Shown here one piece after another: positions 1 to 12,100 of a stretch of 64,000 nt of DNA. The notes under the pieces were generated by a model. That model did not search any database and had not been told where the DNA came from. It was given only the letters and a program-made list of their open reading frames with translations. The stretch's first letter is position 1. The number at the start of each line of letters is the position of its first letter. Both the position numbers and the translations under genes were made by a program. This stretch comes from Octopus bimaculoides (taxonomy: Eukaryota): contig NC_069002.1 of the NCBI RefSeq assembly GCF_001194135.2, forward strand, positions 36,455,151-36,519,150, read 5' to 3'.

Positions 1-165
1 ATACTGGTGTGTGTATGTCCCCGTAACTTAGTGGTTCGGCAAAAGAGAACCGACAGAATAAGTACTAAGCTTACAAAGAATAAGTTCTGGGGGTCGATTT
101 GCTCGACTATAAAGGTGGTGCTCCAGCATGGCCGCAGTCAAATGACTGAAACGAGTAAAAGAGTA
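1..165 (+). mobile_element. 3' domain of tRNA/CORE-like SINE family with internal (GT)n (family C)
   Basis: Near-identical to 7470-7692, 43125-43330 (reverse), 41690-41880 (reverse) and 56895-57055. Confidence 0.85.
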
Positions 166-489
166 TCTTTCAGACAGCACCTGTTATAAACAACAGCTGC
201 AAAAAATAAATGCATAATCAACATACCTGAAAGGAGACCTGGATGTGAACTGCTCAGCATACGGAAAAGAGAAAAGAAAGAAAGGACTATGCATGAGTAC
301 GTTTCCTGTAAAGTTAATGATAGTAATATTAACATGAAGTGCAGTCTTTTGTGGTACTATTATATCGGAATTAGATGTGAAAAGAAAAATAGTGAGCATG
401 CACACATACATACTGACACACAGAATCTTTTTCGAAATTTCATGCATCATTTTGTGGATACATGTGACGTGTTGACACATCACATGTAT

Positions 490-800
490 GTGAGCCCACC
501 AGTTTTTTTTTTTCCTTTTTTTAATTCCAATATAATCACAATCTACACATTCTGAAAGAGATTTGTAGAAAATTTCATTAAAAAAAAAAACATTTTTCTC
601 AAAGTCATGAGGAAACAAAGTCAACTCGTGTGAATTTTCCAAAACTCCTCTCCTCTACCCACAGAAAAAACTTTTCATAACAAATTCCGATATAATTGGA
701 ATCTACACCATCTGAAGGGTATTTGTAGGAAATTTCATTAAAAATATCCATTTTTCTGGATAGTATGAGGAAACAAAGTCGATGTGGGGAGGCACACTTG
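490..800. repeat. Two diverged tandem copies of the ~150-165-bp repeat family
   Basis: gaaa..tttgtagaaaatttcattaaaaa..cattttt..aaagt.atgaggaaacaaagtc recurs about 165 bp apart; homologous to the units at 54563-56892. Confidence 0.7.
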
Positions 801-2129
801 TGTAGGTATGCCAATTAGTTCTACCACACCCTTCAAAGTAGAATCCCNNNNNNNNNNNNNNNNNNNNNNNNNNNNNNNNNNNNNNNNNNNNNNNNNNNNN
901 NNNNNNNNNNNNNNNNNNNNNNNNNNNNNNNNNNNNNNNNNNNNNNNNNNNNNNNNNNNNNNNNNNNNNNNNNNNNNNNNNNNNNNNNNNNNNNNNNNNN
1001 NNNNNNNNNNNNNNNNNNNNNNNNNNNNNNNNNNNNNNNNNNNNNNNNNNNNNNNNNNNNNNNNNNNNNNNNNNNNNNNNNNNNNNNNNNNNNNNNNNNN
1101 NNNNNNNNNNNNNNNNNNNNNNNNNNNNNNNNNNNNNNNNNNNNNNNNNNNNNNNNNNNNNNNNNNNNNNNNNNNNNNNNNNNNNNNNNNNNNNNNNNNN
1201 NNNNNNNNNNNNNNNNNNNNNNNNNNNNNNNNNNNNNNNNNNNNNNNNNNNNNNNNNNNNNNNNNNNNNNNNNNNNNNNNNNNNNNNNNNNNNNNNNNNN
1301 NNNNNNNNNNNNNNNNNNNNNNNNNNNNNNNNNNNNNNNNNNNNNNNNNNNNNNNNNNNNNNNNNNNNNNNNNNNNNNNNNNNNNNNNNNNNNNNNNNNN
1401 NNNNNNNNNNNNNNNNNNNNNNNNNNNNNNNNNNNNNNNNNNNNNNNNNNNNNNNNNNNNNNNNNNNNNNNNNNNNNNNNNNNNNNNNNNNNNNNNNNNN
1501 NNNNNNNNNNNNNNNNNNNNNNNNNNNNNNNNNNNNNNNNNNNNNNNNNNNNNNNNNNNNNNNNNNNNNNNNNNNNNNNNNNNNNNNNATATATATATAT
1601 ATATAGCAGACGATAGTGGTGTGGTAGAAGTAATTAATACACAATTGAAGACGTTATTAACCCCAAAGGGATTCCAGTCAATGACCATTTTACGATTTTT
1701 TTTCTTCAGACTAACTCTACAAAGGACAACATTAACCAATGTATCCACCCATTTTTCCCCGAGACGTCAGGGTGTGGCTTTGCGGGAAATGTGGCTGCTA
1801 TTTCAAGCAAATCAAACCACAACATAAAATCTTTTTAGGAATCCCCAAACCACAAATTCTGTTGTGTCTTGGGAGAGAGTCATTATGGCAATATTGAAGT
1901 TATTAATTCTTATAAGAAAAAAAAAAACAACCCCTTCGTTTTGTTTATATATGTATGTATGAATGTCTTTAATATAATTACAGACGGCTGACGGCAGTAA
2001 TGTTTGCTGTCTTGACAGTCGATCTGAAGGTGTCAATACGAAACCAGTAGACCAACTGTGACATTCCAATCATGACCATCTCGTGTGTGTGTGTGTATGT
2101 ATATATGGCGATCTTTCGAAAGATCGCCG

Positions 2130-2164
<35 letters not shown>

Positions 2165-2434
2165 GCACACAGACAGTCTCTCGCTACAACCACATTAATT
2201 AATAATATATCATTTTAATAATATTTCCCTTTAATTTTTAAGACAACAGGACATGATCTGAAGGCGATTCAATCGATCGACCGCCTAGATGGTTTCTTTC
2301 ACTTCTATATTTACAAATTACTGAAGCACTGACAGCCATGGGAGAAGCTAATTAATTTAAATTAACAGTTAATTCGTTGATAAATACAATTGCGATGCTT
2401 TTTATAGATATAAATTTATGTTAGATATACTTAC

Positions 2435-2535
2435 GAAGGTGAGAGACGGGATAAATTATTGCCGCCGTGGCAGTCGACTGAAGAGGCTTCCACGAATGGT
2501 GGTAGCTTCGCTTCTTTCCGTTCAATAAACTTCAT
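2435..2535 (-). CDS. Candidate first exon of an upstream gene (MKFIERKEAKLPPFVEASSVDCHGGNNLSRLSP..)
   Basis: ATG at 2535 open to a consensus donor TC|gtaagtat at 2435; locally CpG-rich; no homology recognised. Confidence 0.3.
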
Positions 2536-3929
2536 ACATTATTTTAGTGTCTTTATCTTTACACAGAAAGGAATATTAATAATTTTTTAATAGAAAATTA
2601 AGATATTATAAATAACTTTCTTTCGTGAAATTTAAAAAAAAATTAAACAGGTGCCTGTGTAGAAATTAAATTTTCTCCAAATGGAAATTTCTTTATATTT
2701 TTTATACACATATATAGCAATTATTAATCTCTCTTTCTCTCTCTCAAGTATATAACTATATATGTATGTGTGTGTGTATACATGCATACATGCACACAGA
2801 TATGTATGTATGTGTTATGTGTATATTCATGTTATATATACACGCAGGCGTATATACAAATCAACATTTTCATTATATAGTCTGGTCTACAGGTTCTCTG
2901 AGCGCACTACTGTGTACGTAATTGTATGTTCTCTTGTAAACATTCGTTCGAATGTATGTAAGTCGGTTTTAAACCGTTTTAATAACATGTTATCCTCTGA
3001 AACTTGGATTCACAAAGGACGAAGGGTTAGAACATGCTTAGGTGTCTGTTTCCTTGCAGCGAATTTTATTAAATATTGTCAATCAGAAATTGGACGTCTC
3101 CTCTAAAATCATAATTTAATTTTTTTTAAAAAGCATTATGTAATGCAGAATACATCATATATTACGCTAAACAAATCGTATGAGTATATTTGACAGAATA
3201 CAGAAGGAGTCAGACCCAAAGATTATGCTAACGAAATGTCTTTAAAAAGTAACGATGTATATGTAATTATGACATAATGCGTGCTATTCAAAGAATTACT
3301 GTCGACCACTTTAGGCTTTTAAACCAAGCATTACACAATACTGATATTTATTTTAATAATATCCATTGAGAACGAGCTTTTCCTGGGAACCTAAAGCTTT
3401 ACCTTTAGTAATAGAAAGCAAGGTATTATTACTGAAAGGGGTTATTAAGTCGAAGACAATCAACCATGTAAAAGAAAACATTAAAAAAAATAATTAGAAA
3501 ATGGGAAAACTGAGCGATAAAAAAACAAAACAAATATTTGCCATTAACTAAATATTTTAATTAGAAATATTGCATTTCTAAATCTCTCGGAGAGACTTAT
3601 ACAGTAGCAGCATGATAAAGTGATGGTTTGTTGCCAACTTGAATTGTTTGACAAATACGGGAGATAACTCTGAGGATATTTTCGCTTAATTGAACCTCCT
3701 CAGCAAAACAGAACTCAACACATTTACCAAAGCCTATTGAGGGAATTACAAGAGTGTACAGTTGTTAAAATAGACAAATAGAAACGTTCTGATGAATACA
3801 AGTAAACGAGAACATCTTTGCAATCCTTCAATTTGTTTGAAATAGCATCCAAATTCCCTCAAATCGCAACATCATAAGTGTTACATTGGTACAAAGCTAC
3901 AACAGAAAAGATAGTCAATTGAATATTAT

Positions 3930-5135
3930 TCCAAGAGTGGACTGAAAAGTTCATAGGCTGGCTATGAAGGAGTGATGCTAGAACTGTGAAATCTTGCATA
4001 CATTAATTTCAATGTTTTCCACTGTTGAAAGCAGTCCTGAGGAACTCTTGTGAAGTGACACCTTTTAAGACCTCCATCATTTTTTCTTCACCTGTTCCAC
4101 ATCGGCAAAACGTTTTCCTTTAAGGACTGTTTTCATTTGGGGGGACAAAAAAAAGTCACAGGGAGCAAGATCAGGGGGGATGGGTAAGTAGGATCATGCT
4201 GTTATTGATCAAAAACTGTGCAGTGTGCACAGGCAAATTGTCATGAGGAAACCACTACTCTCTACTTTGCCACAGGTTGGGGCATTTTTGTCTCACCGTG
4301 TCTCGCAGATGCTTCAGAACTGTCAAGTAAAATGTCTGCTTAACAGTCTGACCAGAGGGAGCAAATTTTGTGGACAACTCCTTTTGCATCGATGAAACAA
4401 ATCAGCATCATCTTCACATTGGATTTCACTTAATGCACTTTTTTGGGGGTGTGGTGACATCAAATGTTTCCATTGACTTGATTGCAGCTTCATTTCTGGG
4501 TTGTAGCCATAGCACCAGCTTTTGTTACCAGTGATGACCTTTGGAAAAAGGTCGAGATTAACTTCGAAATGTTCTTTCAATTCATGATGTGCATTCATTT
4601 GTGATTGATGTTGATCTTCCGTGAGACACAAATTTTGCTGCAACTCTTTTCATTCACGATTTAAAATTCTTTGGCAGGAGCTCCAGAACACAGCAGTCAA
4701 ATAAACAAATTCATCAATTGTTTGGTGACAGTCTTCCAAAAGCAGTTCGTGAATTTTTGAGATGTTTCTATTCATTTGGGAGGTCAGTGGTTGCCCTGAA
4801 CGAGATCGGTCTTCAAGTGTCAAGTGACCATTCCTAAAGCATGAGAACCACTCGTAAACTTGGCAGCATCCCTGTAATCTGTTTGGGGCAATGGCACCTG
4901 TTTTGGCCACCATTTTTCCCTGGCAGAAAATAGAATTTCATGGAAGCACAATGTTCCTTTTATTTCAGCCATTTCGAAAATCAACAAACAGGGGAGAAGT
5001 ACTGCAAAACAATGATGCACTATATGTCAGTATGACTGTACCCAACAATGCCTGAGGGTTACATCAAGTGGCTTCTAGTGATGGAAACGTGAAGTACAAC
5101 AGGAAACATTTGAGGTTACTTTTCGGTACCCGCTG
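3930..5135 (-). mobile_element. Degenerate mariner (Tc1/mariner) transposon
   Basis: Frameshifted transposase: VYEWFSCFRNGHLTLEDRSRSGQP; VITGNKSWCYGYNPEMKLQSSQWK..SPHPQK (= ITGDESWCYGYDPETKQQSSQW); TIR-like end near 3930-3960. Confidence 0.9.
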
Positions 5136-5149
5136 TGTTTCCTGGATAT

Positions 5150-6150
5150 TCTTTCTGCTTAATATTCCTGAGCATCAGTTTTATATGAAGGTCACTGTCA
5201 CTTGCTAGTCTTCCTGTGATTCCAATATTCCTCGTGTCTTCTGTGTACACTTTATTGGATTCCTGTTCATATCTTTTTTGTATATGAAATATGATTATTT
5301 CCCAGACAGTGGTAGTCATGTATTCTTTTCTTATTTAGCACATCTTCAGTCTTGACTAAGTTTACCTTAAGGCCATTCAATTTCAGGTTTTGTTTCAATG
5401 TCGGAAATTTATTCTTCAAATTTGATAGAGATTTTGCTATATCGCACTACTACACAATGGCTGTGTGAGCTACAAAATCCTCATTGCCACTGTTATATTG
5501 CATGTTCGGATGACCTCTACTCAACTACTCCGACGTCTAGACTTCTCCCTCTATATCTACGTATTGGGCTAGCCTACTTCATTGTCTGGGGGTGGCAACA
5601 CAACAGACTTTGTAAAAAGAATAAAGTCATCTACATTCAGGTGTTCCCAAAGACAACCTGTCTTAAACTCCTGGTGTTTTATACATTCATTAATGCAGTC
5701 CAAGATATACTATGGCTTTAAAAAGAAACGAGGATACACAGCCAGACACGACAGTGTCATCAGATGTAAACCCATGGAAAAAGCAAACATCAAAACAATG
5801 AAAATAATGATAATAGTAACAGCTGGAACACCATTGATTATAAATCTGCTTGGCCTTGGTTGACCTGGAGATGATCAACAGCATTAAATCAAATTTGAAT
5901 CAATACAAGGTTGTTATACTTCGTTATTTAATCTGCTTCTGGAACAACAACAACAGTTCATTTAAACAATGGTGGGTTGGCACAATGAGGACTTTTTACT
6001 GCATTTTTTGACTTTGAGTAAAAATACATCTTTTTACAAATGTTCTCTATGTTACAAAAACTATATCAGCTTTGCAAAGGACCTTCTCTAAATGCATCAA
6101 AAATACTATAACATATTCAGAACACAATTTCAGAAAATTATCTCTGTTTT
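5150..6150 (-). mobile_element. Highly degenerate RTE LINE reverse transcriptase fragments
   Basis: EFKTGCLWEHLNVDDFILF (= EFRTGCPWELLYADDL), KLNGLKVNLVKT, FLMHLEKV. Confidence 0.7.
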
Positions 6151-6439
6151 CTTTGAGCATATAAAAGACAAATTTAGACGGGGCAAAATGAGTAAGTCAA
6201 GGTAAAATAAATTTGCTTCTTTAGTTCTCCAGAATTCCATTTGAAAAAGACTCACACAGATCAATATCCAACCTTAGGCATCAGAAAGATTTTTAAAAAT
6301 GCCACAAAAATCTAAAATATCTTGGTCAAGTGAAAGAGGACAGTGGGCAAATTATACAAAATTAACAAAAGTCAACTAAATCTAAAAACTTTTTTGATAT
6401 ACCCAAAATCCTTTTGGGTATATCAAACTTGAATGTGGC

Positions 6440-7090
6440 CCTTAAATACTGTCAGCCTCTGTCTAATTTTTCTTTCCACTGGGGATTACAGGTGAAAGTG
6501 ATGAAGAAATTTGGTTTTCCTAACTTTTGAACTGTTACCATTGAGTCTTGGTATAGTTTCTGCATCCATCATTGGCCTCCTTTGAATGTTGGAGGTATGA
6601 TTACTTTTTTGCTAATATCTGAGCAATGAGAATACATGTGATCGTGAATATTTTGATAAATTTATGTGCTGATTTTTTTGTTGGATTATACTGAATCCAC
6701 TGTAATGTTGCTTCTTCATTCTTGAAATATATATCACAGTAATATTCCTGAGCTAAACAACCTGAGTTGTGAAAGAAATGGAAATCATGTTCTCGAACTA
6801 TGAGCCTGTATTTGTAAAAGTCCATCTGTGATATTTTATGACTCTTAACTCCAACATCAAAAGTTGATTCTATTCCCCAATCACCAAATGGAAGTAGCAG
6901 AAATGGTACTGCAGTGGATCAGAAATTTGGATGCACCGAATCGATTGTTGGAAGGAGTGATTCACCAGGAACGCATCGTTTATGCAATGTCAGAAGTCTT
7001 TGTGGTTGTACTGTTTCCAAACATCTGGCATAATTACTGCAACATCTTCTGAAATAACCATTGAGAACTCTTGTGCATTAATAGCACCTA
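6440..7090 (-). mobile_element. Helitron Rep (Helitron_like_N region) remnant
   Basis: Frameshifted motifs in the expected order: SVHPN.DPLQYP.LLPFGDWG; MDFYKYRLIVREHDF..QEYYCDIY.K.E..TLQWI; VIIPPTFKGG..WMQKLYQDSM; KPNFFITFTCNPQWKE. Confidence 0.88.
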
Positions 7091-7099
7091 AATATTCTA

Positions 7100-7300
7100 C
7101 ACTGTTATTTTGCTGAGGTGGTTGGGACTTTTTAAGAACCTCAAATTGCCAGAAGTTCCGGTCCTTTATCATTTCTTAAGCCCAGAGTCCTAAGGTCAGC
7201 CTTCACTACATCATCCCAGGTCTTCCAGTAAGGTATGGTTTAAGAGAGATTTGGTGCCATTTCTAGCAGGTTGACCGACCATACAGAGGTCCTACTCGTT
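7100..7300 (-). mobile_element. RTE LINE 3' end fragment
   Basis: KTWDDVVKADLRTLGL..MIKDRNFWQFEVLKK, typical of the RTE C-terminus. Confidence 0.75.
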
Positions 7301-7420
7301 GACAATGTGTGTATGCTGGATCAGAACTGATGTACGCATTTGAAATTTTTAAAACTATGTTAATAGAACGTGCATTTATAAATCAATGAAAAAATTATGC
7401 CTAAATACTGCCGATAAATT

Positions 7421-7459
<39 letters not shown>

Positions 7460-7469
7460 TTGTTATTAT

Positions 7470-7692
7470 ATGTGTGTGTGTATGTGCATCTGTGTTTGTC
7501 CCCCCACCCCAGCATCGCTTGACAACCGATGCTGGTGTGTTTACGTCCCCGTAATCTAGCGGTTCAGCAAAAGAGAGAACCGATAGAATAAGTACTAGGC
7601 TTACAAAGAATAAGTCCTGGAGGTCGATTTGCTCAACTAAAGGCGGTGCTACAGCATGGCCGCAGTCAAATGACTGAAATAAGTAAAAGAGT
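7470..7692 (+). mobile_element. SINE family C, 3' domain
   Basis: gtccccgtaa..cggttcagcaaaagaga..gatagaataagtactaggcttacaaagaataagtcctgg..gcatggccgcagtcaaatgactgaaa. Confidence 0.85.
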
Positions 7693-7894
7693 ATAAGCTG
7701 TAATAATCGTTTCCAACGCAAGTACAGAGATTTAATTCTTTATTAGGCAGAAAGGCCCGAATGCAAGTACAAACCCTAACCCTAACCATAAACTATTGTT
7801 TTTTTTATTTTCACTATTCTTTTACAGGGACAAAATGAGGGGTGCTTAACCTAGTGGCTTATAGCAGACCCCCCAAAATAATGCTTGACAGGTT

Positions 7895-8231
7895 GTTGTT
7901 GTTGTTGGCACTCCGTCGCTTACGACGACGAGGGTTCCATTCGATCCGATCAACGGAACAGCCTGCTCGTGAAATTAACGTGCAAGTGGCGGAGCACCCC
8001 ACAGACACGTGTACCCTTAACGTAGTTTTAGGGGAGATTCAGCGTGACACATAGTGTGACAAGGCTGACCCTTTGAATTACAGGCACAACAGAAACAGGA
8101 AGAAAGAGTGAGAGAAAGTTGTGGTGAAATAGTACAGCAGGGTTCGCCACCATCCCCTGCCGGAGCCTCGTGGAGCCTTAGGTGTTTTCACTCAATAAAC
8201 ACTTCACAACGGCTTGTCTGGGAATCGAAAC
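7895..8231 (-). mobile_element. tRNA-derived SINE family D (truncated by N gap)
   Basis: High identity to the full copy at 46355-46742; (CAA)n tail. Confidence 0.88.
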
Positions 8232-8982
8232 NNNNNNNNNNNNNNNNNNNNNNNNNNNNNNNNNNNNNNNNNNNNNNNNNNNNNNNNNNNNNNNNNNNNN
8301 NNNNNNNNNNNNNNNNNNNNNNNNNNNNNNNNNNNNNNNNNNNNNNNNNNNNNNNNNNNNNNNNNNNNNNNNNNNNNNNNNNNNNNNNNNNNNNNNNNNN
8401 NNNNNNNNNNNNNNNNNNNNNNNNNNNNNNNNNNNNNNNNNNNNNNNNNNNNNNNNNNNNNNNNNNNNNNNNNNNNNTATATATATATATATATATATTA
8501 GGGATAAAATCCAAAATTACAGGTAAAAACTCAATTAAAATCAATTTATTAAAACTTAAAATTTATATATATATATATTCCAGCTTTAAATAATAGGAAT
8601 TTGTTGGTTCATTATTATTTATACGAAAATAATAGTTGTGAATAACCAATCATACTGAATTTTGTTTTTCTTTTCATTTCCCAAATATATTTTCTTCGAA
8701 GAAGTCAACACTAAAAAGAAAGTCGTTTTCATTTGATTCTCTTATCAAATAATTTTCAGCAATCCAGAATTACATACGAATAATGTTCCATTGCAGTTGG
8801 ACACGTCGATGTCGAAGATGTCATTGTAATTAAGTAATTATTTGGTGTCTTTACTGCTTTGCTGGAAAAAGTAGGTTGTGTGGAATTAGAATTTGGTTTT
8901 GTGTGAGATGGTGGTGGCCGTGTTGACAGAATTCCTCCTACATGTAGCAGTCGACTTGATTTAAGAGTGACACGCATTGATT

Positions 8983-9113
8983 ATGGATCAGCAAGATAAT
9001 AACATGAGCGGATTTAAAGAAAACAACATTTATAAGAACCTCTGGAAGCTGCTGGTGTCTCCCAAAGTGTTGACTGGAGTCTTGCATTCTCAGAACAGGA
9101 ATGCTTCAGACTG
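8983..9113 (+). CDS. WDR11: WDR11 exon 1 (MDQQDNNMSG...VSPKVLTGVLHSQNRNASDW)
   Basis: ATG 8983 (alternative ATG 9004) after in-frame TGA at 8968; matches human VSARTLTGALNAHNKAAVDW; donor TG|gtgggt, phase 2. Confidence 0.88.
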
Positions 9114-12100
9114 GTGGGTGTTTCTCGTCTGCTATACTTTGAAATTACCAACTAAAATAATATGTTTTCTCTTTTTATTCCTCTTGTCTATTCAAAAAGC
9201 ATTATTTTGAGGAATTCACAAAACCATTCTGTAATTTGTGTTGTGTTCCACTTGTTGTTTCGCTCCGTTCGAACAGGTATGTAATGAAAATCATTCCAGC
9301 TATGACCACCTCGTATTGTTTTCAAACAATAAATACATCCCAGGTTATATATTATTTCAACATGTTCTTCTTTTTGCAAGACGGTAGGGTGTGTAATTTG
9401 GTTACTATTTTTAACAGGTCGAGCAACCACTGTTGTTATGGCAAGAAGTGCAACGAAGTGGCAAACATGTTAGAAACGTAATTATGTCCTTCTGGAATTG
9501 CCAAAATAAGATCCTTGGTGTTGTTTAGCCCCAGGTCAATCCAGATCCTGCAAACCTATTATCAGAAACCCCCAAATCATCAAATCTTTTTAGGGTATTT
9601 TGGGACAACATATTACGTGTTCTCGTTTTCTTTCTGTTTACGTCTTGGATGCATTAAAGGAATCAACTCCAGTGCTTGACTGGTACTTTATTTTATCGAC
9701 CCTCTGTTCTTTTAAAATAATATGGTGTTATTTGAGTGAGATTTAACTGCTATTTCTAGCTGCTTTGTAACGTATTGCACCATATTCAATCGAGATCTGT
9801 CCATTTTTAAATTTATGGCCTTATGCTAGTTTTAGAAATGATCGTTCTAATTATTATTATTATTAAGCACACTGGACGAAGTGCTTATCGTTATTTCGCC
9901 CGTCGCTATGTTCTGAGTTCAAATTCTGCCGAAGTCGACTTTGCCTTTCATCCATCCGGGGATCGATAGAATAAGTACCATTTGAACATTGGAATCGATG
10001 TAATCGATTTATCCCCTTCCCCCCAAATTTGCTGCCCTTGTGGCAAAATTTGAAACCATTATTATTATTATTATTAAGGCGGCGAGCTGGCAGAAGCGTT
10101 AGCGCGCAGGACGAAATGCTTAACAGTATTTCGCCCGTCGCTGCGGTCTGAGTTCAAATTCTGCCAAGGTCGACTTTGCTTTTCATCCTTTCGGGGTCGA
10201 TGAATTAAGTACCAGTGGAACACTGAGATCGATGTAATCGACTATTCCCCTTCCCCCAAATTCCAGGCCTTGTGCCTATTGTAGAAAGGATTATTATTGT
10301 TGTTGTTGTTGTTGTTATTCTGTGCACCTCCTCTTTTTTTTTCTGTAATTTGTCCCTACAATGTCCCCCTCTCCTGTCACTCTTGTGGTAGGATTGGCAG
10401 AATTAGAGCGTTGAGAAAATGCTTTGCTATATTTGTTCCACTTCTTTACGATCTGGTTTCAAATCCTGTCGATGTCAACTTCTTCATTTTTTTCAGGGTC
10501 GATAAAATAAAGTACTAGTCAACTACTTGGGATCGATGGTATCAAATAAACTCCTCCCCTCAGGACTGCTTGGCTTTATTATTTCCGTGTGCCCCCCCCC
10601 CCTCTTCATTTTTTCTTCTTTTATCAACCTTGTGATAGAGGTGGTGAAACGTTATATCACGTGGCTCTTTATGTTCTAAATTCAACACTTCTCAACTACA
10701 TCGGGTGATATATGTTATGTTACTAGTCAAGTACTAAGGTCAGCGGTATTGATTTATCTATTTCTCTCGAAATTGCTGGCTTTCTACATAAAATAGAAAT
10801 AATTAAGGGCCACGGATGGACAGAATATAGAGCAGTGGGGAAAATACCTGTCTATTTGTTTCAGCTCTTTTAAGTTCTGAGTTCAAATCCTAGAGACTGG
10901 CTCTGCCTTTTATCCCTCCTGAGTTGATAAAATAAAGTCAAGGACAGGGGTTGACGGTATTAACAACCCCGCCTCAGAATGTTTGGCCTTATGCTTAAAT
11001 TAGAAATCTTTATTAAGGTGGTGGAGCTGGTCGAACGAATAGAAGGCTGGAAAAATTGTCTTGCCGTATTTTGTTCTGGCTCTTTGTGATCTGTCCTCAA
11101 TGCTGAGGTCAATTTTGTCTTTATGGAGCTGTCAGCATCCTTCCACATCACATGACCAAACTATCTCTGTCTTCTCTCTTGCACACAGCAACTCATTCCT
11201 CCTCTTGTGCCTAATTTCTCTCAAAATACATTAACACTCTGTCAAACGTGCACACTCACATTTATATATTTGTAGTTTTTTCTTCTGCAGTGTTTTTGTA
11301 AGTAATTTTAATCTAACTTTGTTTGGTTTTCAGGGGTTGGCAAGGCTTCTTGGCACATGCCTGCCACAGTTTTATAACCATTATTGATCCCCGCACTGTG
11401 CAAGTAAGTGAGTTCATTCTTTACTGATATACATACATACATGCATACATACATACATGCATACATACATGCATACATGCATATATACATTCAATAAAAT
11501 AGAAGTAAAATTTTAAAATTTATTCTTTCTGTGCAGCTTAGGACCAAAAGATCCCTGCTTGGTACTGGTCCCTGACCTGATGATGCTTGCAATCTGCTTT
11601 ACACGATATTTTGCTTTGAAGTTCTCATCAAAATTTTCCTATTCCATCTTCTTTTATATCCTTCATTTATTTGTCTCTTCTCAGCAAACTGTTACAAGTT
11701 GTAGGAAACGTTAAACCTTTGTTTTAGTTAATTCAATTAATATTTTTTTTTTTTGTTTTCAGGTTTTTCAAGTCTTAGAAAAACACAAGAGTAACGTGGT
11801 CAAGGTAAAGATCTGTAATATTATTACGCTTGTCATGACATGTACCTTAAACAACTTCACCAAATAAAATGAAACCCTTTTATATAAATTAGTCGTGTCC
11901 ATAGTCCTTTTATTCATAGAAGGGCATCCAGCTGTAGAAACTCTGCCAAATCAGACTGGAGCCTGGTGTAGCCATCTGGTTTCACCAGTCCTCAGTCAAA
12001 TCGTCCAACCCATGCTAGCATGGAAAGCGGACGTTAAACGATGATGATGATGATGATGATGTGTGTCTGCTATGAAGGGAGGGGGAAATTAAGCAACAAC

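Noticed and set aside
703-1827. Long ORFs of 150-350 aa across N runs (also at 8108-8593, 24665-25547 and 54677-55317)
   Set aside because: Artefacts of translating assembly gaps as X.
2475-2515. CTGAAGAG followed by a stem, hammerhead-like
   Set aside because: No GAAA after the stem, so the core is incomplete.
8756-8977. Minus-strand 73-aa ORF head-to-head with the WDR11 ATG
   Set aside because: No recognisable homology or splice support; more likely WDR11 5' UTR or promoter sequence.
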